DNA of 64,000 bases, taken from positions 64,841 to 128,840 of the forward strand of contig CAZBFO010000005.1 in NCBI GenBank assembly GCA_964491475.1, given 5' to 3'. The notes beneath the pieces are model-generated. The model did not search any database. It was not told where the DNA came from and saw nothing but the letters and a program-made list of their open reading frames with translations. Each line of letters begins with the position of its first letter. The first letter of the stretch is position 1. Source of the DNA: an uncultured Gammaproteobacteria bacterium. Its GTDB lineage: Bacteria; Patescibacteriota; Patescibacteriia; SG8-24. Shown piece by piece: positions 1 through 8,104 of this stretch. The position numbers and the translations under genes were made by a program.

Positions 1-254
1 GCGTAGCGGCCGGTGGCCGGCCATTGGAAGGAGTAACCGAGGGCAGCGTTCGAGTAGGTCTTCATGGAGTCGTCAGCGGCGGCGGGCTTGTTCGTGTCCG
101 TCGTCATTGCGGGCGCGTTGACGTCGGAGCTTGATTCACTTGGCAGAACGAGGGAGCCGGAGTTCGTGTTGGTGTCGGTCGGCGCGGATTCGCAGCCGGC
201 TCCGACGATGAGCAGGGCGCAGGTGAGTGAGGCCAGGATCTTTGGGGCACGCAT
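1..254 (-). CDS. lipoprotein, N-terminal part (CDS continues beyond window start)
   Basis: Reverse strand from ATG at 254 translates to MRAPKILASLTCALLIVGAGCESAPTD... (signal peptide with lipobox LIVGAGC); ORF open to position 1; not in ORF track because it is truncated. Confidence 0.6.
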   Translation of the reverse strand, partial: MRAPKILASLTCALLIVGAGCESAPTDTNTNSGSLVLPSESSSDVNAPAMTTDTNKPAAADDSMKTYSNAALGYSFQWPATGRY

Positions 255-344
255 GGCAGAACCAGGGAATGTGGATAAAGGCGCGATCAGTGCAGTCGCG
301 TGTCGATAGTATAGATACCGTTCGGGCATTCGACAATGCGCATT

Positions 345-367
345 AAAAAAGGGACGCCAGGCGTCCC
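345..367 (-). terminator. rho-independent terminator for gene 377..649
   Basis: gggacgcc-a-ggcgtccc perfect 8-bp hairpin preceded on + strand by aaaaaa (T-run on minus strand) directly after stop of the minus-strand gene. Confidence 0.6.
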
Positions 368-376
368 GAAAGTCGG

Positions 377-649
377 CTATTTGTAGCAGATGACTCGATA
401 GTGGTTCTTGGCGCCGCGGTGTTCGACCTGCAGGCCGATGTAGTGGTATTGCTCTACCACCCAGACCTTGCCGGCGTCGGCGGCGCGCAGGCGGGCGAGG
501 GCGTCTTTGAGGGGCAAGGTCTTGCCATTCAAATCCGCCGCGATCCGCCTGATGGGTTCCGGGATTCGCATGACCGCACCTTGCCTTCCTGGATGCGGCT
601 GGAAGTACGTCCGAGGCGTTTCCATGTCGACTTCCTGGTCTTTGCTCAT
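377..649 (-). CDS. small hypothetical protein (90 aa)
   Basis: ATG at 649 with GGAG 7 nt upstream (minus strand); product MSKDQEVDMETPRTYFQPHPGRQGAV...KVWVVEQYHYIGLQVEHRGAKNHYRVICYK; longer track ORF 377..934 has no support upstream of this Met; terminator follows. Confidence 0.5.
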   Translation of the reverse strand: MSKDQEVDMETPRTYFQPHPGRQGAVMRIPEPIRRIAADLNGKTLPLKDALARLRAADAGKVWVVEQYHYIGLQVEHRGAKNHYRVICYK

Positions 650-948
650 GTGTGCTCCGTTCCGTCTGCCTGACAACCTGCCCAGAGGCTGCCAGCAACC
701 ATACAAGCATGTTTTCGGCGGCTTGTGAAGGGGGAGTGCAACGAAACGCGACGTAATTGCGTGCAAACTTTTGGCCCCGTTGAGACGTTTCGGTTTTTGC
801 GCGCGCAAAAAGGCCGTTGCCGCGACGACACCATGCGTGTTGCGATGGCATACTCCTATCGGGTCTTGCATTGACAGCATGACGCCGTGGTGGCAGGATT
901 TCCCGTCGCGCATGAACGCGACGACACCGTTCATTGAAAGGCAAACCT

Positions 949-2049
949 ATGAACATCAAGGTCAGCATCGGTTCGCGTAGCCTGATTAAGCGCAAGGCTC
1001 TTACGGGAGCCTTGGTTACGGCTGGACTTCACGGCATTGAGCCCATCGACCTCGAGGCGCCGTCGGGCGTAAACGCACAGCCGGTCGGCGTGGAGGAAAT
1101 CTCCCGCGGCGCGCACAATCGCGCCTCCGCCGCCGCAGAAGCGGTACCCGGCAGCCTCGCGGTCGGCATCGAAAGCGGCATCGTTTATGGGGCGGATGAC
1201 GCCAACGAGAACGACGTCGGTTGGTCGGACATCGCCATGGTGGTGATCCTGCTGCCCAACGGATGCGAAGTCACCCGATGGTCGCGGGCCGTCCGGCTTC
1301 CGGCCAGCGCTGTCGAGAAAGCGAAATCCCGGGGATTCTCGGTGTGCACCGTCGGCAAAATCCTCTCCGAGGAATACGACAGTGACCCCTCCGACGCGGT
1401 TGCCCCCGCGACCGGGGGAAGGCTCACTCGAGAGAAGGTGCTCGCCGAGGCGATTGCCGCCGCGCTTGCCGAAGCAAAGGCGTCCGCCGCGGACATCTTC
1501 AAAACGGCAGTCACCTCGTACGAGGTGCGCGTCGGGAACGTGCGCCGCATTCTGCCGGTTCGCGAGGTCGCTCCGGGCGTGCGCGTGGCGCTCTTCAACG
1601 TCCTGGACGACTGGGAGCTGACGGAGGCCGCCGGCAAGGAGCTGGCCAAGAAGATGTGCCTGACCGACATGGAAGGTGACGCCTTGGTCATGCCCGACGG
1701 CAAGGCCGTCGCTCTGCTGCATGTCCTCGGCAGGCAGTTGCGAATGCCGATTTTCGTGGCACGCAAGGAGCGCAAACCGTACATGGGCGACACGGTGCGC
1801 TCGGTGACCTACCGAAGCATCACCACCAACCGCGAGCAGTCCCTGTTCCTCTCCGCAGATAACGCGGCGGCGCTCAAGGGCAAGCGCGTCGTCATCGTCG
1901 ACGACGTCGTTTCCACCGGCGGCAGCATCGACGCCGTCAAGGCGCTGATGGCCGAGATCGGCGCGGAAGTCACCGGCATCGCGACCATTTTCTGCGAAGG
2001 CAAGGATCGCCCCGACGTTTGCAGCCTCGGTCTTCTGCCGCTGTTCTGA
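949..2049 (+). CDS. fusion protein: YjjX-family inosine/xanthosine triphosphatase (NTPase_I-T) + type I purine phosphoribosyltransferase
   Basis: N-terminal half aligns to E. coli YjjX (SGVNAQPVGVEEISRGAHNR, AVGIESGI, ATGGRLTREKV); C-terminal half carries the PRPP-binding motif VVIVDDVVSTGGS typical of APRT/XPRT-like PRTases; ATG at 949 preceded by GAAAGG; track start 934 is TTG. Confidence 0.8.
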   Translation: MNIKVSIGSRSLIKRKALTGALVTAGLHGIEPIDLEAPSGVNAQPVGVEEISRGAHNRASAAAEAVPGSLAVGIESGIVYGADDANENDVGWSDIAMVVILLPNGCEVTRWSRAVRLPASAVEKAKSRGFSVCTVGKILSEEYDSDPSDAVAPATGGRLTREKVLAEAIAAALAEAKASAADIFKTAVTSYEVRVGNVRRILPVREVAPGVRVALFNVLDDWELTEAAGKELAKKMCLTDMEGDALVMPDGKAVALLHVLGRQLRMPIFVARKERKPYMGDTVRSVTYRSITTNREQSLFLSADNAAALKGKRVVIVDDVVSTGGSIDAVKALMAEIGAEVTGIATIFCEGKDRPDVCSLGLLPLF

Positions 2050-2065
2050 CGATCGGCGGCCCGGC

Positions 2066-2093
2066 AGCCCCTCCCGCACGGAGGGGCTTTTTT
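2066..2093 (+). terminator. rho-independent terminator
   Basis: agcccctcc-cgcac-ggaggggct hairpin followed by TTTTTT, 17 nt after stop of 949..2049. Confidence 0.7.
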
Positions 2094-2094
2094 G

Positions 2095-2206
2095 ATAATA
2101 AAAACGAGCCCTTTATGAGGCTCCCCGCACGAAAATGTCATTTTTGGACGCGTGAGGTACGGCTTGGGAGACTGGTGTGTATATCAGTTTTTTTCCACCT
2201 TGTCAA
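2095..2206 (-). ncRNA. candidate short antisense/intergenic transcript (promoter plus terminator on minus strand)
   Basis: On minus strand: TTGACA (2206..2201) - 17 nt - TATACA (2183..2178), then ~55 nt, then hairpin ggagcctcataaagggctc followed by TTTTTATTAT (2124..2095); no SD-ATG in between; lies in a 250-bp intergenic gap. Confidence 0.3.
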
Positions 2207-2301
2207 CCCTGGAGGGCCGCATCTTGATTTTTTTGCCGGCATGTGCAATCATCCTCCAGCCCGCCAGACGGCAGGGCACCAGTTGAGTCGGGAGGTAATC
2301 A

Positions 2302-3072
2302 ATGGCGTCAACAAGCGGGGAGATGCGCGCGGTGAGACATTCGGCCCTCGAGTTGCTCCGGCCGCCGGAGCAACAGAGGGCGGTAATCACCGAAGAGCGG
2401 CATGATGCGGTAACGCGTGCGGTACTCACCAACCCCCTCGACGACCCGTACAACCGGGCGGCGAAACGCATCTTCGACATCGTCCTTTCTTCGATCCTCA
2501 TCTTGCTCACCTCGCCGATCATGGCGATAGCGTGGCTTTGCATCAAGTTCGAGTCGCGCGGTCCGGCGCTGCACACGCGGCTGGACGACGGCTCGCCGGT
2601 GTTCCGCATCGGTCGGGACGGCATGCCGTTCCCTTACTGCAAGTTCCGCTCGATGCGGCACGGGACGCACAGCCTTCGTTATACCGCGCTGGCAGAAAGG
2701 AACACGCGTTCCGGACCGCTGGTGAAGATCGACAATGATCCGCGAGTGACGCGGGTCGGCCGCTTCATCAGGAAGTGGCATGTGGACGAGCTTCCGGAAT
2801 TCTTCATGGTGTTGCGCGGCGACATGAGCATCGTGGGGCCGAGGCCCCACCTGCCAGAAGAAGTCGAGAGATACGCGCCGCATCATAGAAAGGTGCTTTG
2901 CGTGAAGCCGGGCATCACCGGCCTGACGCAGATCATGGGAGGGTCACGACTCCGTTACTGCGAGGAAATCGCTTACGATCACGAATACATCCGCAAATGG
3001 TCCCTCTGGAGGGACCTTCTCATCGTGATACGGACTCCTTTCGCTATCGTTTCGCAGCGCGGCGACGACTAG
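2302..3072 (+). CDS. bacterial sugar transferase (WbaP/WcaJ C-terminal Bac_transf family, polyprenyl-phosphate hexose-1-phosphate transferase)
   Basis: KRIFDIVLSSILILLTSPIMAIAWL...KFRSM...DNDPRVTRVGRFIRKWHVDELPEFFMVLRGDMSIVGPRPHLPEE...KPGITGLTQI hallmark motifs; GGGAGG RBS 6 nt upstream of ATG. Confidence 0.85.
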   Translation: MASTSGEMRAVRHSALELLRPPEQQRAVITEERHDAVTRAVLTNPLDDPYNRAAKRIFDIVLSSILILLTSPIMAIAWLCIKFESRGPALHTRLDDGSPVFRIGRDGMPFPYCKFRSMRHGTHSLRYTALAERNTRSGPLVKIDNDPRVTRVGRFIRKWHVDELPEFFMVLRGDMSIVGPRPHLPEEVERYAPHHRKVLCVKPGITGLTQIMGGSRLRYCEEIAYDHEYIRKWSLWRDLLIVIRTPFAIVSQRGDD

Positions 3073-3083
3073 CGAGCGCCTTT

Positions 3084-3114
3084 GCGCCGGCATCCTGTTG
3101 CCGGCGCTTTTCGT
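3084..3114. terminator. rho-independent terminator shared by convergent genes
   Basis: gcgccggca-tcctgt-tgccggcgc hairpin followed by TTTTCGTT; sits between + gene ending 3072 and - gene ending 3127. Confidence 0.65.
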
Positions 3115-3126
3115 TGCAAAAACGTC

Positions 3127-4077
3127 CTATTTTTCGGTCCTCTCGTCGATGAACGATATCATGTGCTTGATGACCGGATCGTCCTTGTGTCCGAACTTCA
3201 GCACCATGTCGATGTGGGAGTAACCCTTGATGACGGCCGCCTTCGGTTTGGAATTGAGCTCATCGAGCTTTTTCTTTGCAGCTTGCGCCTGCCTTTGCAG
3301 GCATTCGGTGTCGTTTTCGGCAGTCAGCAGCAGCATCGGGGGAGTGCCGAGGCGCAAGTGCATCGCCGGCGACCATCGGCTTAAGGAATGCGGTTCGCGT
3401 CCGAAGGCGGCGCGCGTGTTGTTGTCGTTGAAGACCGCGTCCATGCAGGTCAGCATGACCTCCAGATCGTACACTGCGGACATCGGGACGAAGCCGAGAA
3501 TGTCGTTCAGGTCCACGTTGGCATCGCGCAGCAGGCGCTTGTCGGCCGCAAACAGCGCGGCCATCTGCCCTCCCGCGTCATGGCCGGCGACGAACAGCTG
3601 GCGCGGGTTGCCGTCGTAATCGGCGATGCGGCGTTGCGTCCAGCGCACGGCCTTGGCGGCGTCGGCGACCATGCCCGCGAACGGTACGGCCGGGGCGAGC
3701 CGGTAGTTGGGAATCACCGCGCCGATGCCGCGTCGGGCCAGGGCAGACCCGACGTTGCCGTAGAGGCCGGTGAAGGCCGCAAAATAGTTCTTGTCACCCG
3801 ACGTCCACCAGCCGCCATGCAGGAAAATGACGGTGGGGTAATGCTTTTTATGACGCGGCCGGTACAGGTCCAGGCGGTGCTTGCGGTCATCGCTTTCCGG
3901 CACGTAGGGGATGTCGCGGAACACCTCGACGTCGTGCTGCGCGGAGAACAGGCGCAGCCACGGGATGTCCCACAGCAGCACGTACACCACGATGTTGGCG
4001 ATGCTCAAGGCGATCACCAGTCCCAGCAGGGACAACAGCAGGCCGACCAGGAAGAACGGCATAGTCGCGCTCATCAT
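3127..4077 (-). CDS. alpha/beta-hydrolase fold-3 (esterase/lipase-like) membrane-anchored protein; nucleophile elbow reads G-H-D-A-G-G (Asp at Ser position)
   Basis: HGGG-type oxyanion motif FLHGGWW; elbow VAGHDAGG (codon GAC verified at 3577..3579); N-terminal TM helix; start chosen at ATGATG (4077) preceded by GGAAGGTGG rather than track start 4146. Confidence 0.8.
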   Translation of the reverse strand: MMSATMPFFLVGLLLSLLGLVIALSIANIVVYVLLWDIPWLRLFSAQHDVEVFRDIPYVPESDDRKHRLDLYRPRHKKHYPTVIFLHGGWWTSGDKNYFAAFTGLYGNVGSALARRGIGAVIPNYRLAPAVPFAGMVADAAKAVRWTQRRIADYDGNPRQLFVAGHDAGGQMAALFAADKRLLRDANVDLNDILGFVPMSAVYDLEVMLTCMDAVFNDNNTRAAFGREPHSLSRWSPAMHLRLGTPPMLLLTAENDTECLQRQAQAAKKKLDELNSKPKAAVIKGYSHIDMVLKFGHKDDPVIKHMISFIDERTEK

Positions 4078-4106
4078 ACCACCTTCCGGGCTCGGCGTTG
4101 GTGCAT

Positions 4107-4138
4107 AAATAAAACCCCTCGAACGAAAGTTCGAGGGC
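4107..4138 (-). terminator. rho-independent terminator after HAD gene
   Basis: Minus strand: cccctcgaac-tttcg-ttcgagggg hairpin followed by TTTTATTT immediately after stop at 4143. Confidence 0.6.
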
Positions 4139-4142
4139 GATA

Positions 4143-4952
4143 TCATCCTTCTTCGGGTTTTTGCCGCTTTTCCAGCCGTGCCGAGTCGAGGGCGTAACGC
4201 ACCGATTCGAGCGCCTCCGCGGGATCCGAAGACTGGAAGCAGCGGAAGGTGTCGCCTAGCAGGACGCAGATGACGTCCTTGCGTTCGAACACTATCGGCC
4301 AGCCTCGGCGCTGGGCTTCTTTGCGGAGGACGCCGTTGGGGTTGAAGGCGATGGGGAATTCCACCTCTTCGAGCATGGAGGCATCGGAGCCGGTGTCGCC
4401 GATGGCGACGGAACCTCGAAGTGACGACTTGTGCTCGGCGACGTGTTCGCGGAGCACCTTGCCTTTGTCATACGCGGGCACCGACTTGTCCTTGCCCGTA
4501 TACCGTCCGTCCTCGTTGGTCTCCAGTTCCGTGGCGTAGTAGTGCTCGAAGCCCCAATAAGGAGCGAGGTGCTCGACCACCTCCTGCATCGCGCCCGTGA
4601 TGGCGATCATCTCGTGCGTCTTGCGGAGTTCGGCCAGGAGGGTGCGCGTGAAGACGTACAGCCAGTCGCGGTGCTTGTCGTACACCTGACGACCGGCCAG
4701 CACCAGGTCCTCGCGCATCTTTCCCTTTATGCGGTGCGTGAAGAGCTGGATGATTTCGCGGTCGTACTGCTCGAAGGAGATGATCCGGTCGCGGTGCTTG
4801 AGCCGCACTTCCCTGAACAGCACGTCGAACACCGGTCGGAAGATGCCCAGCTCCAGGCACTGCTTGGTAAGCAGCACGAGCAGCTGTTCGCGCACCAGCG
4901 TGCCGTCGAAGTCGAAGGCTGCCAGCGGTCGCGCGGGTTTCTTTTTGGCCAT
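4143..4952 (-). CDS. HAD-IB family hydrolase (phosphoserine-phosphatase-like)
   Basis: Motif I FDFDGTL near N-terminus, motif IV GDTGSD; 269 aa. Confidence 0.85.
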   Translation of the reverse strand: MAKKKPARPLAAFDFDGTLVREQLLVLLTKQCLELGIFRPVFDVLFREVRLKHRDRIISFEQYDREIIQLFTHRIKGKMREDLVLAGRQVYDKHRDWLYVFTRTLLAELRKTHEMIAITGAMQEVVEHLAPYWGFEHYYATELETNEDGRYTGKDKSVPAYDKGKVLREHVAEHKSSLRGSVAIGDTGSDASMLEEVEFPIAFNPNGVLRKEAQRRGWPIVFERKDVICVLLGDTFRCFQSSDPAEALESVRYALDSARLEKRQKPEEG

Positions 4953-4988
4953 GCATTTCTCCGGTGCAAAGGACGTTGCCTGTCCTTC

Positions 4989-5017
4989 CTCATACCAGCG
5001 CGCGGCCTAAAAGTCAA
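4989..5017 (-). promoter_or_regulatory. sigma70-like promoter for HAD gene
   Basis: Minus strand TTGACT-17 nt-TATGAG, ~35 nt upstream of GGAG-ATG at 4952; overlaps 3' end of NUDIX gene. Confidence 0.35.
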
Positions 5018-5688
5018 CGCGGAGCCTTCTTCTGCAGTTCCTGTATTTTGAGTTCGCGCAGCAGGATCATCGACGAGGCGGTGCGGATGCGGCCGCTGTC
5101 GACCAGTTCCCAAGCTTCCTCAAAAGACATTCTCCAAAGCCTGATGGACTCGTTGCCGTCCCCGTCGGTCGGGGCAGCGACGATGGGGTCGGGAAGGCTG
5201 GCGATGTAAGCGTGCATCAGCAGCGTCGATTCGCCGATCGACGGATGATAGGTGCCGATCTTCTTGAGCGCGTCTTCGGCGACCACGAAGCCGGTCTCTT
5301 CCTGCAACTCGCGCAAGGCCGCTTTTTCGGGAGTTTCTCCCTCCTCGATGACGCCGGCCGCCAGCTCAAATATCGAGACCGACTCGGTGGAGAGGGAGAA
5401 CGCCGACGCGTTGCCTCCGTCATGCTTGGCGATTTCAAGCGCCGCACGGCCTTCGGGATTGGCGGCGAAGGCGAGCACGTGCCGCGGCTGCTGAATCATG
5501 TAGACGCAGCGATGGGCGTAGTCCACGGGAAGCACCACGGAGGCGTTGCCGCGTTCCAGCAGCTCCATTCGGTGCGTGTAGCCCTTTATGCCGAACGAGT
5601 AGACGTTAAGGAATCCGGACCGTTCCTTGCGGAGGTCTTCGTAGTCGTACGCTTCGTATTGTTTTCCTATCTTGCGGAGCAGTTCCAT
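5014..5688 (-). CDS. NUDIX hydrolase (ADP-ribose pyrophosphatase-like)
   Basis: Nudix box GVIEEGETPEKAALRELQEETGF; start set at Met 5688, downstream of the divergent + gene; TACTAT hexamer exactly 6 nt upstream of this ATG (leaderless-type). Confidence 0.8.
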   Translation of the reverse strand: MELLRKIGKQYEAYDYEDLRKERSGFLNVYSFGIKGYTHRMELLERGNASVVLPVDYAHRCVYMIQQPRHVLAFAANPEGRAALEIAKHDGGNASAFSLSTESVSIFELAAGVIEEGETPEKAALRELQEETGFVVAEDALKKIGTYHPSIGESTLLMHAYIASLPDPIVAAPTDGDGNESIRLWRMSFEEAWELVDSGRIRTASSMILLRELKIQELQKKAPR

Positions 5689-5716
5689 GGGCTGATAGTA
5701 GCACGTCCGAATGCCA

Positions 5717-5744
5717 TTGACACCGCGTCCCCGTTGCGTAAAGT
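5717..5744 (+). promoter_or_regulatory. sigma70-like promoter for epimerase gene
   Basis: TTGACA(5717-5722)-16 nt-TAAAGT; followed by AAGGAG RBS and ATG 5795. Confidence 0.45.
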
Positions 5745-5794
5745 GCAGGCGTGCTCTTTTTCCTTTCGTTTCCCCTTCATGCAAGGAGTTCGCG

Positions 5795-6829
5795 ATGTCG
5801 CATGCAGACATGACGGCGCCGCCAAGGCGGGCGCTGGTGACCGGAGCAAACGGCTTCATGGGCACGTACATGACCGACCTCCTCGCGGGGGAGGGCGTCG
5901 CCGTGCTCGCCACGGACGTCGGTCCGTCCAGCACCTATCAAGGCAAGCCGAACGCGGCGGGCTTCGATTACTGCCAGTGCGACCTGCGCGACTGGAAAGG
6001 CGTGCAGGCGCTCGCTTCGCGCGAGAACCCGGATTACGTCTTCCACATCGCCGGCCTGTTCGACTACGGCGCCCCCAAGGAGCTGCTGTACGAAGTGAAC
6101 GTCAACGGTTCCAAGAACCTGATGCTCGCGCTCGCGACCAGGGGCAACTTGCCCAAGCGCTTCGTGACGTGGGGAGCGGCCGGCATCTACGACTTCGCCA
6201 AGGAGTCTCCCGCCAAGGAGACTTCGCCGGTGAATCCGCAGGGCGGCTACCTCACCTCGAAGTTCGAGGCCGAGCTGTCCATGTTCACCCTCGGCGCCAA
6301 GGTCGGCATTCCGGTGACGTCGCTGCGTCCCGGAGGCGTGTACGGTCCGCGCAGCAAGTACGGCGTGGCCACCTCCATCTTCATCGCCGCGCGTGGCGGC
6401 ATGGGGCCGTTCTACTTCGGTCCCGGCAACACTCGCGCGGGAATGGTGCATGCGGAGGACGTCTGCCGAGCGGCGTGGTTCGTCGCCAACGACCCCAGGG
6501 CCGCAGGCGAGATCTACAACGTCAACGACAGTTCAGCATACCGCACGTCGGAGCTGATGCGCGTTGCGGCGGTGCGGCTCGGCTTCCCGCTGATTCCCGG
6601 CAACTTCCCGCTGGCCATCATGAAGTTCTTCGTCGGCAACCTCGGCAAGAAGGCCGCCAAGAAGAACCGCGTCTCGATGCTCAACGAGGAGATGACCGCG
6701 CTCGTCGCCTACGACGCGCTGCTCGATCCGTCCAAGCTCAACGAGCTTGGGTGGACGCCAAAGTGGCCCGATTCCATCGAGGGACTCATTGCCACCATCG
6801 ACCAGTATGAAAGAGAGGGCCGGCTATGA
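5795..6829 (+). CDS. NAD-dependent epimerase/dehydratase (extended SDR)
   Basis: ALVTGANGFMGTYM Rossmann motif, YLTSK catalytic YxxxK; AAGGAG RBS; the overlapping 532-aa ORF 5212..6810 is a different frame with no motifs. Confidence 0.85.
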   Translation: MSHADMTAPPRRALVTGANGFMGTYMTDLLAGEGVAVLATDVGPSSTYQGKPNAAGFDYCQCDLRDWKGVQALASRENPDYVFHIAGLFDYGAPKELLYEVNVNGSKNLMLALATRGNLPKRFVTWGAAGIYDFAKESPAKETSPVNPQGGYLTSKFEAELSMFTLGAKVGIPVTSLRPGGVYGPRSKYGVATSIFIAARGGMGPFYFGPGNTRAGMVHAEDVCRAAWFVANDPRAAGEIYNVNDSSAYRTSELMRVAAVRLGFPLIPGNFPLAIMKFFVGNLGKKAAKKNRVSMLNEEMTALVAYDALLDPSKLNELGWTPKWPDSIEGLIATIDQYEREGRL

Positions 6830-7422
6830 TCGTCGCTGCAGCGTTTCTTTTCCTGGTCGCGGCCGCCGCGGGCTTCGCGCAGTACATGCATGAGGTCCAG
6901 AACAGCCGCAACAAGACCGCTTACACCTTCATCGTCGATCCGCCGACGATGTTCCTGGTGGGCATGCTCGGCACCATGGCCGGCCTGTTCACCCGCAAGG
7001 GGCGCACGCTCACGCAGGCACAGTTCCGCGCGCGCAAGGCCTGGATCGACCGCGCGCTGACCCTGTTCTTCGCGGCGTTCTGGGTCAACGAGCTTCTCGC
7101 CTACTTCAACGTGATGAAGCATCCCTACGACGCCGCCAAGACCGGCAACGACTTCATGTGGAACGGCTACGTCGACCTGCTCGGCTGGCACCCGTTCCAC
7201 TGGTCGCAGGCGACCTACCACTACTGGTGGTCGTTCCCTCTGCTGGCGGGGATGGCGGTGGTGCAGTGGTACTGCCTCCGCGCCGGCCGAGTCATCGGCT
7301 ACATGAACGGCTACTTCGGCAACCTGAACAATTGGTCGACGCCGAAGCCCGGACAGGCAAAAGCAGACGCCAATGCGCCGAAGAACGACGCGCCTTCTCC
7401 GAGCGCCGATCCGGCGGAATGA
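6826..7422 (+). CDS. hypothetical integral membrane protein
   Basis: ATGA start/stop overlap with epimerase (translational coupling); 4 predicted hydrophobic helices; terminator downstream. Confidence 0.6.
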   Translation: MIVAAAFLFLVAAAAGFAQYMHEVQNSRNKTAYTFIVDPPTMFLVGMLGTMAGLFTRKGRTLTQAQFRARKAWIDRALTLFFAAFWVNELLAYFNVMKHPYDAAKTGNDFMWNGYVDLLGWHPFHWSQATYHYWWSFPLLAGMAVVQWYCLRAGRVIGYMNGYFGNLNNWSTPKPGQAKADANAPKNDAPSPSADPAE

Positions 7423-7437
7423 CAGGAACGAACGAAA

Positions 7438-7470
7438 GCCCGGTCCCATTTGGGGCCGGGCATTTTTCTT
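7438..7470. terminator. rho-independent terminator (convergent genes)
   Basis: gcccggtccc-attt-ggggccgggc hairpin followed by ATTTTTCTT; between + gene end 7422 and - gene end 7469. Confidence 0.6.
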
Positions 7471-8005
7471 ATCGCGTCGCGGGGACCCAGAGGCCGTCCT
7501 TGGCATGGGTACTTGGCCAAAGGTAGGAAGCCTCGCCGCCGTCCTCAAAGAAGAGACGGACGTTCACGTCCCTCGAAGAGGCGATTTTCCTCTCGATGAG
7601 CACCGCACTCAAGGCCGACGGCTGCGGCTCGCTTTCATAATAGGAAAGGATCGGCACAAGCAGGTTCTGCTGCAGCTTTTCCTGCTCGCCTTCGCGGAAC
7701 TTCACCACCGAAGTGAGCACCTTGATTGCCGGCTTAGGCGCGGGCGGTTCCGGTTTCGGCGCGGTCGCGTCATCGAGCAGGGTGCCTTCGTGCGCCAGCC
7801 GCAGCTGCAGGGCTTGAATGTTTCCTGACATTTCGTAGGCGACGCGGCGCATGTTCCTGAAGGTGCAGAGGCTGATTACCGACAACGCCAGCGCCAGGAA
7901 CAGCACCAGCCAAGCCGCCGATTGCGGTATCTGGAAATCAGGAGCCGTCAGTTTCTTTGCGGCAGACGGCGTGCGCTTTTTTGCGGGCATACGTTTCGTT
8001 GGCAT
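7469..8005 (-). CDS. hypothetical membrane-anchored protein
   Basis: Basic N-terminus then TM helix AAWLVLFLALALSVISLC; Pro/Ala-rich linker; no recognised domain. Confidence 0.5.
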   Translation of the reverse strand: MPTKRMPAKKRTPSAAKKLTAPDFQIPQSAAWLVLFLALALSVISLCTFRNMRRVAYEMSGNIQALQLRLAHEGTLLDDATAPKPEPPAPKPAIKVLTSVVKFREGEQEKLQQNLLVPILSYYESEPQPSALSAVLIERKIASSRDVNVRLFFEDGGEASYLWPSTHAKDGLWVPATR

Positions 8006-8057
8006 AGGAGATACGGCTTCACTATAGCAAAACGCGTGCGGGGTTGGGGAGGCCGTG

Positions 8058-8090
8058 CGGCATTCGTAAAAAAAGAGCCCCCGACGAGTG
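8058..8090 (-). terminator. rho-independent terminator after 8105.. gene
   Basis: Minus strand: hairpin agcctccgaca-ctc-gtcgggggct followed by TTTTTTT. Confidence 0.55.
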
Positions 8091-8104
8091 TCGGAGGCTT
8101 CGGT

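Noticed and set aside
934-948. Track start codons at 934, 9157, 45099 and 56885
   Set aside because: These are TTG/GTG codons read as Met by the ORF finder; downstream ATGs with RBS or signal-peptide context were preferred.
931-2079. 382-aa minus-strand ORF
   Set aside because: Antisense to the YjjX-PRT fusion gene, Arg/Gly/Asp-rich high-GC junk, no motifs.
5212-6810. 532-aa + strand ORF
   Set aside because: Different frame from the epimerase gene, which carries clear Rossmann and YxxxK motifs; Arg/Gly-rich composition typical of out-of-frame high-GC translation.
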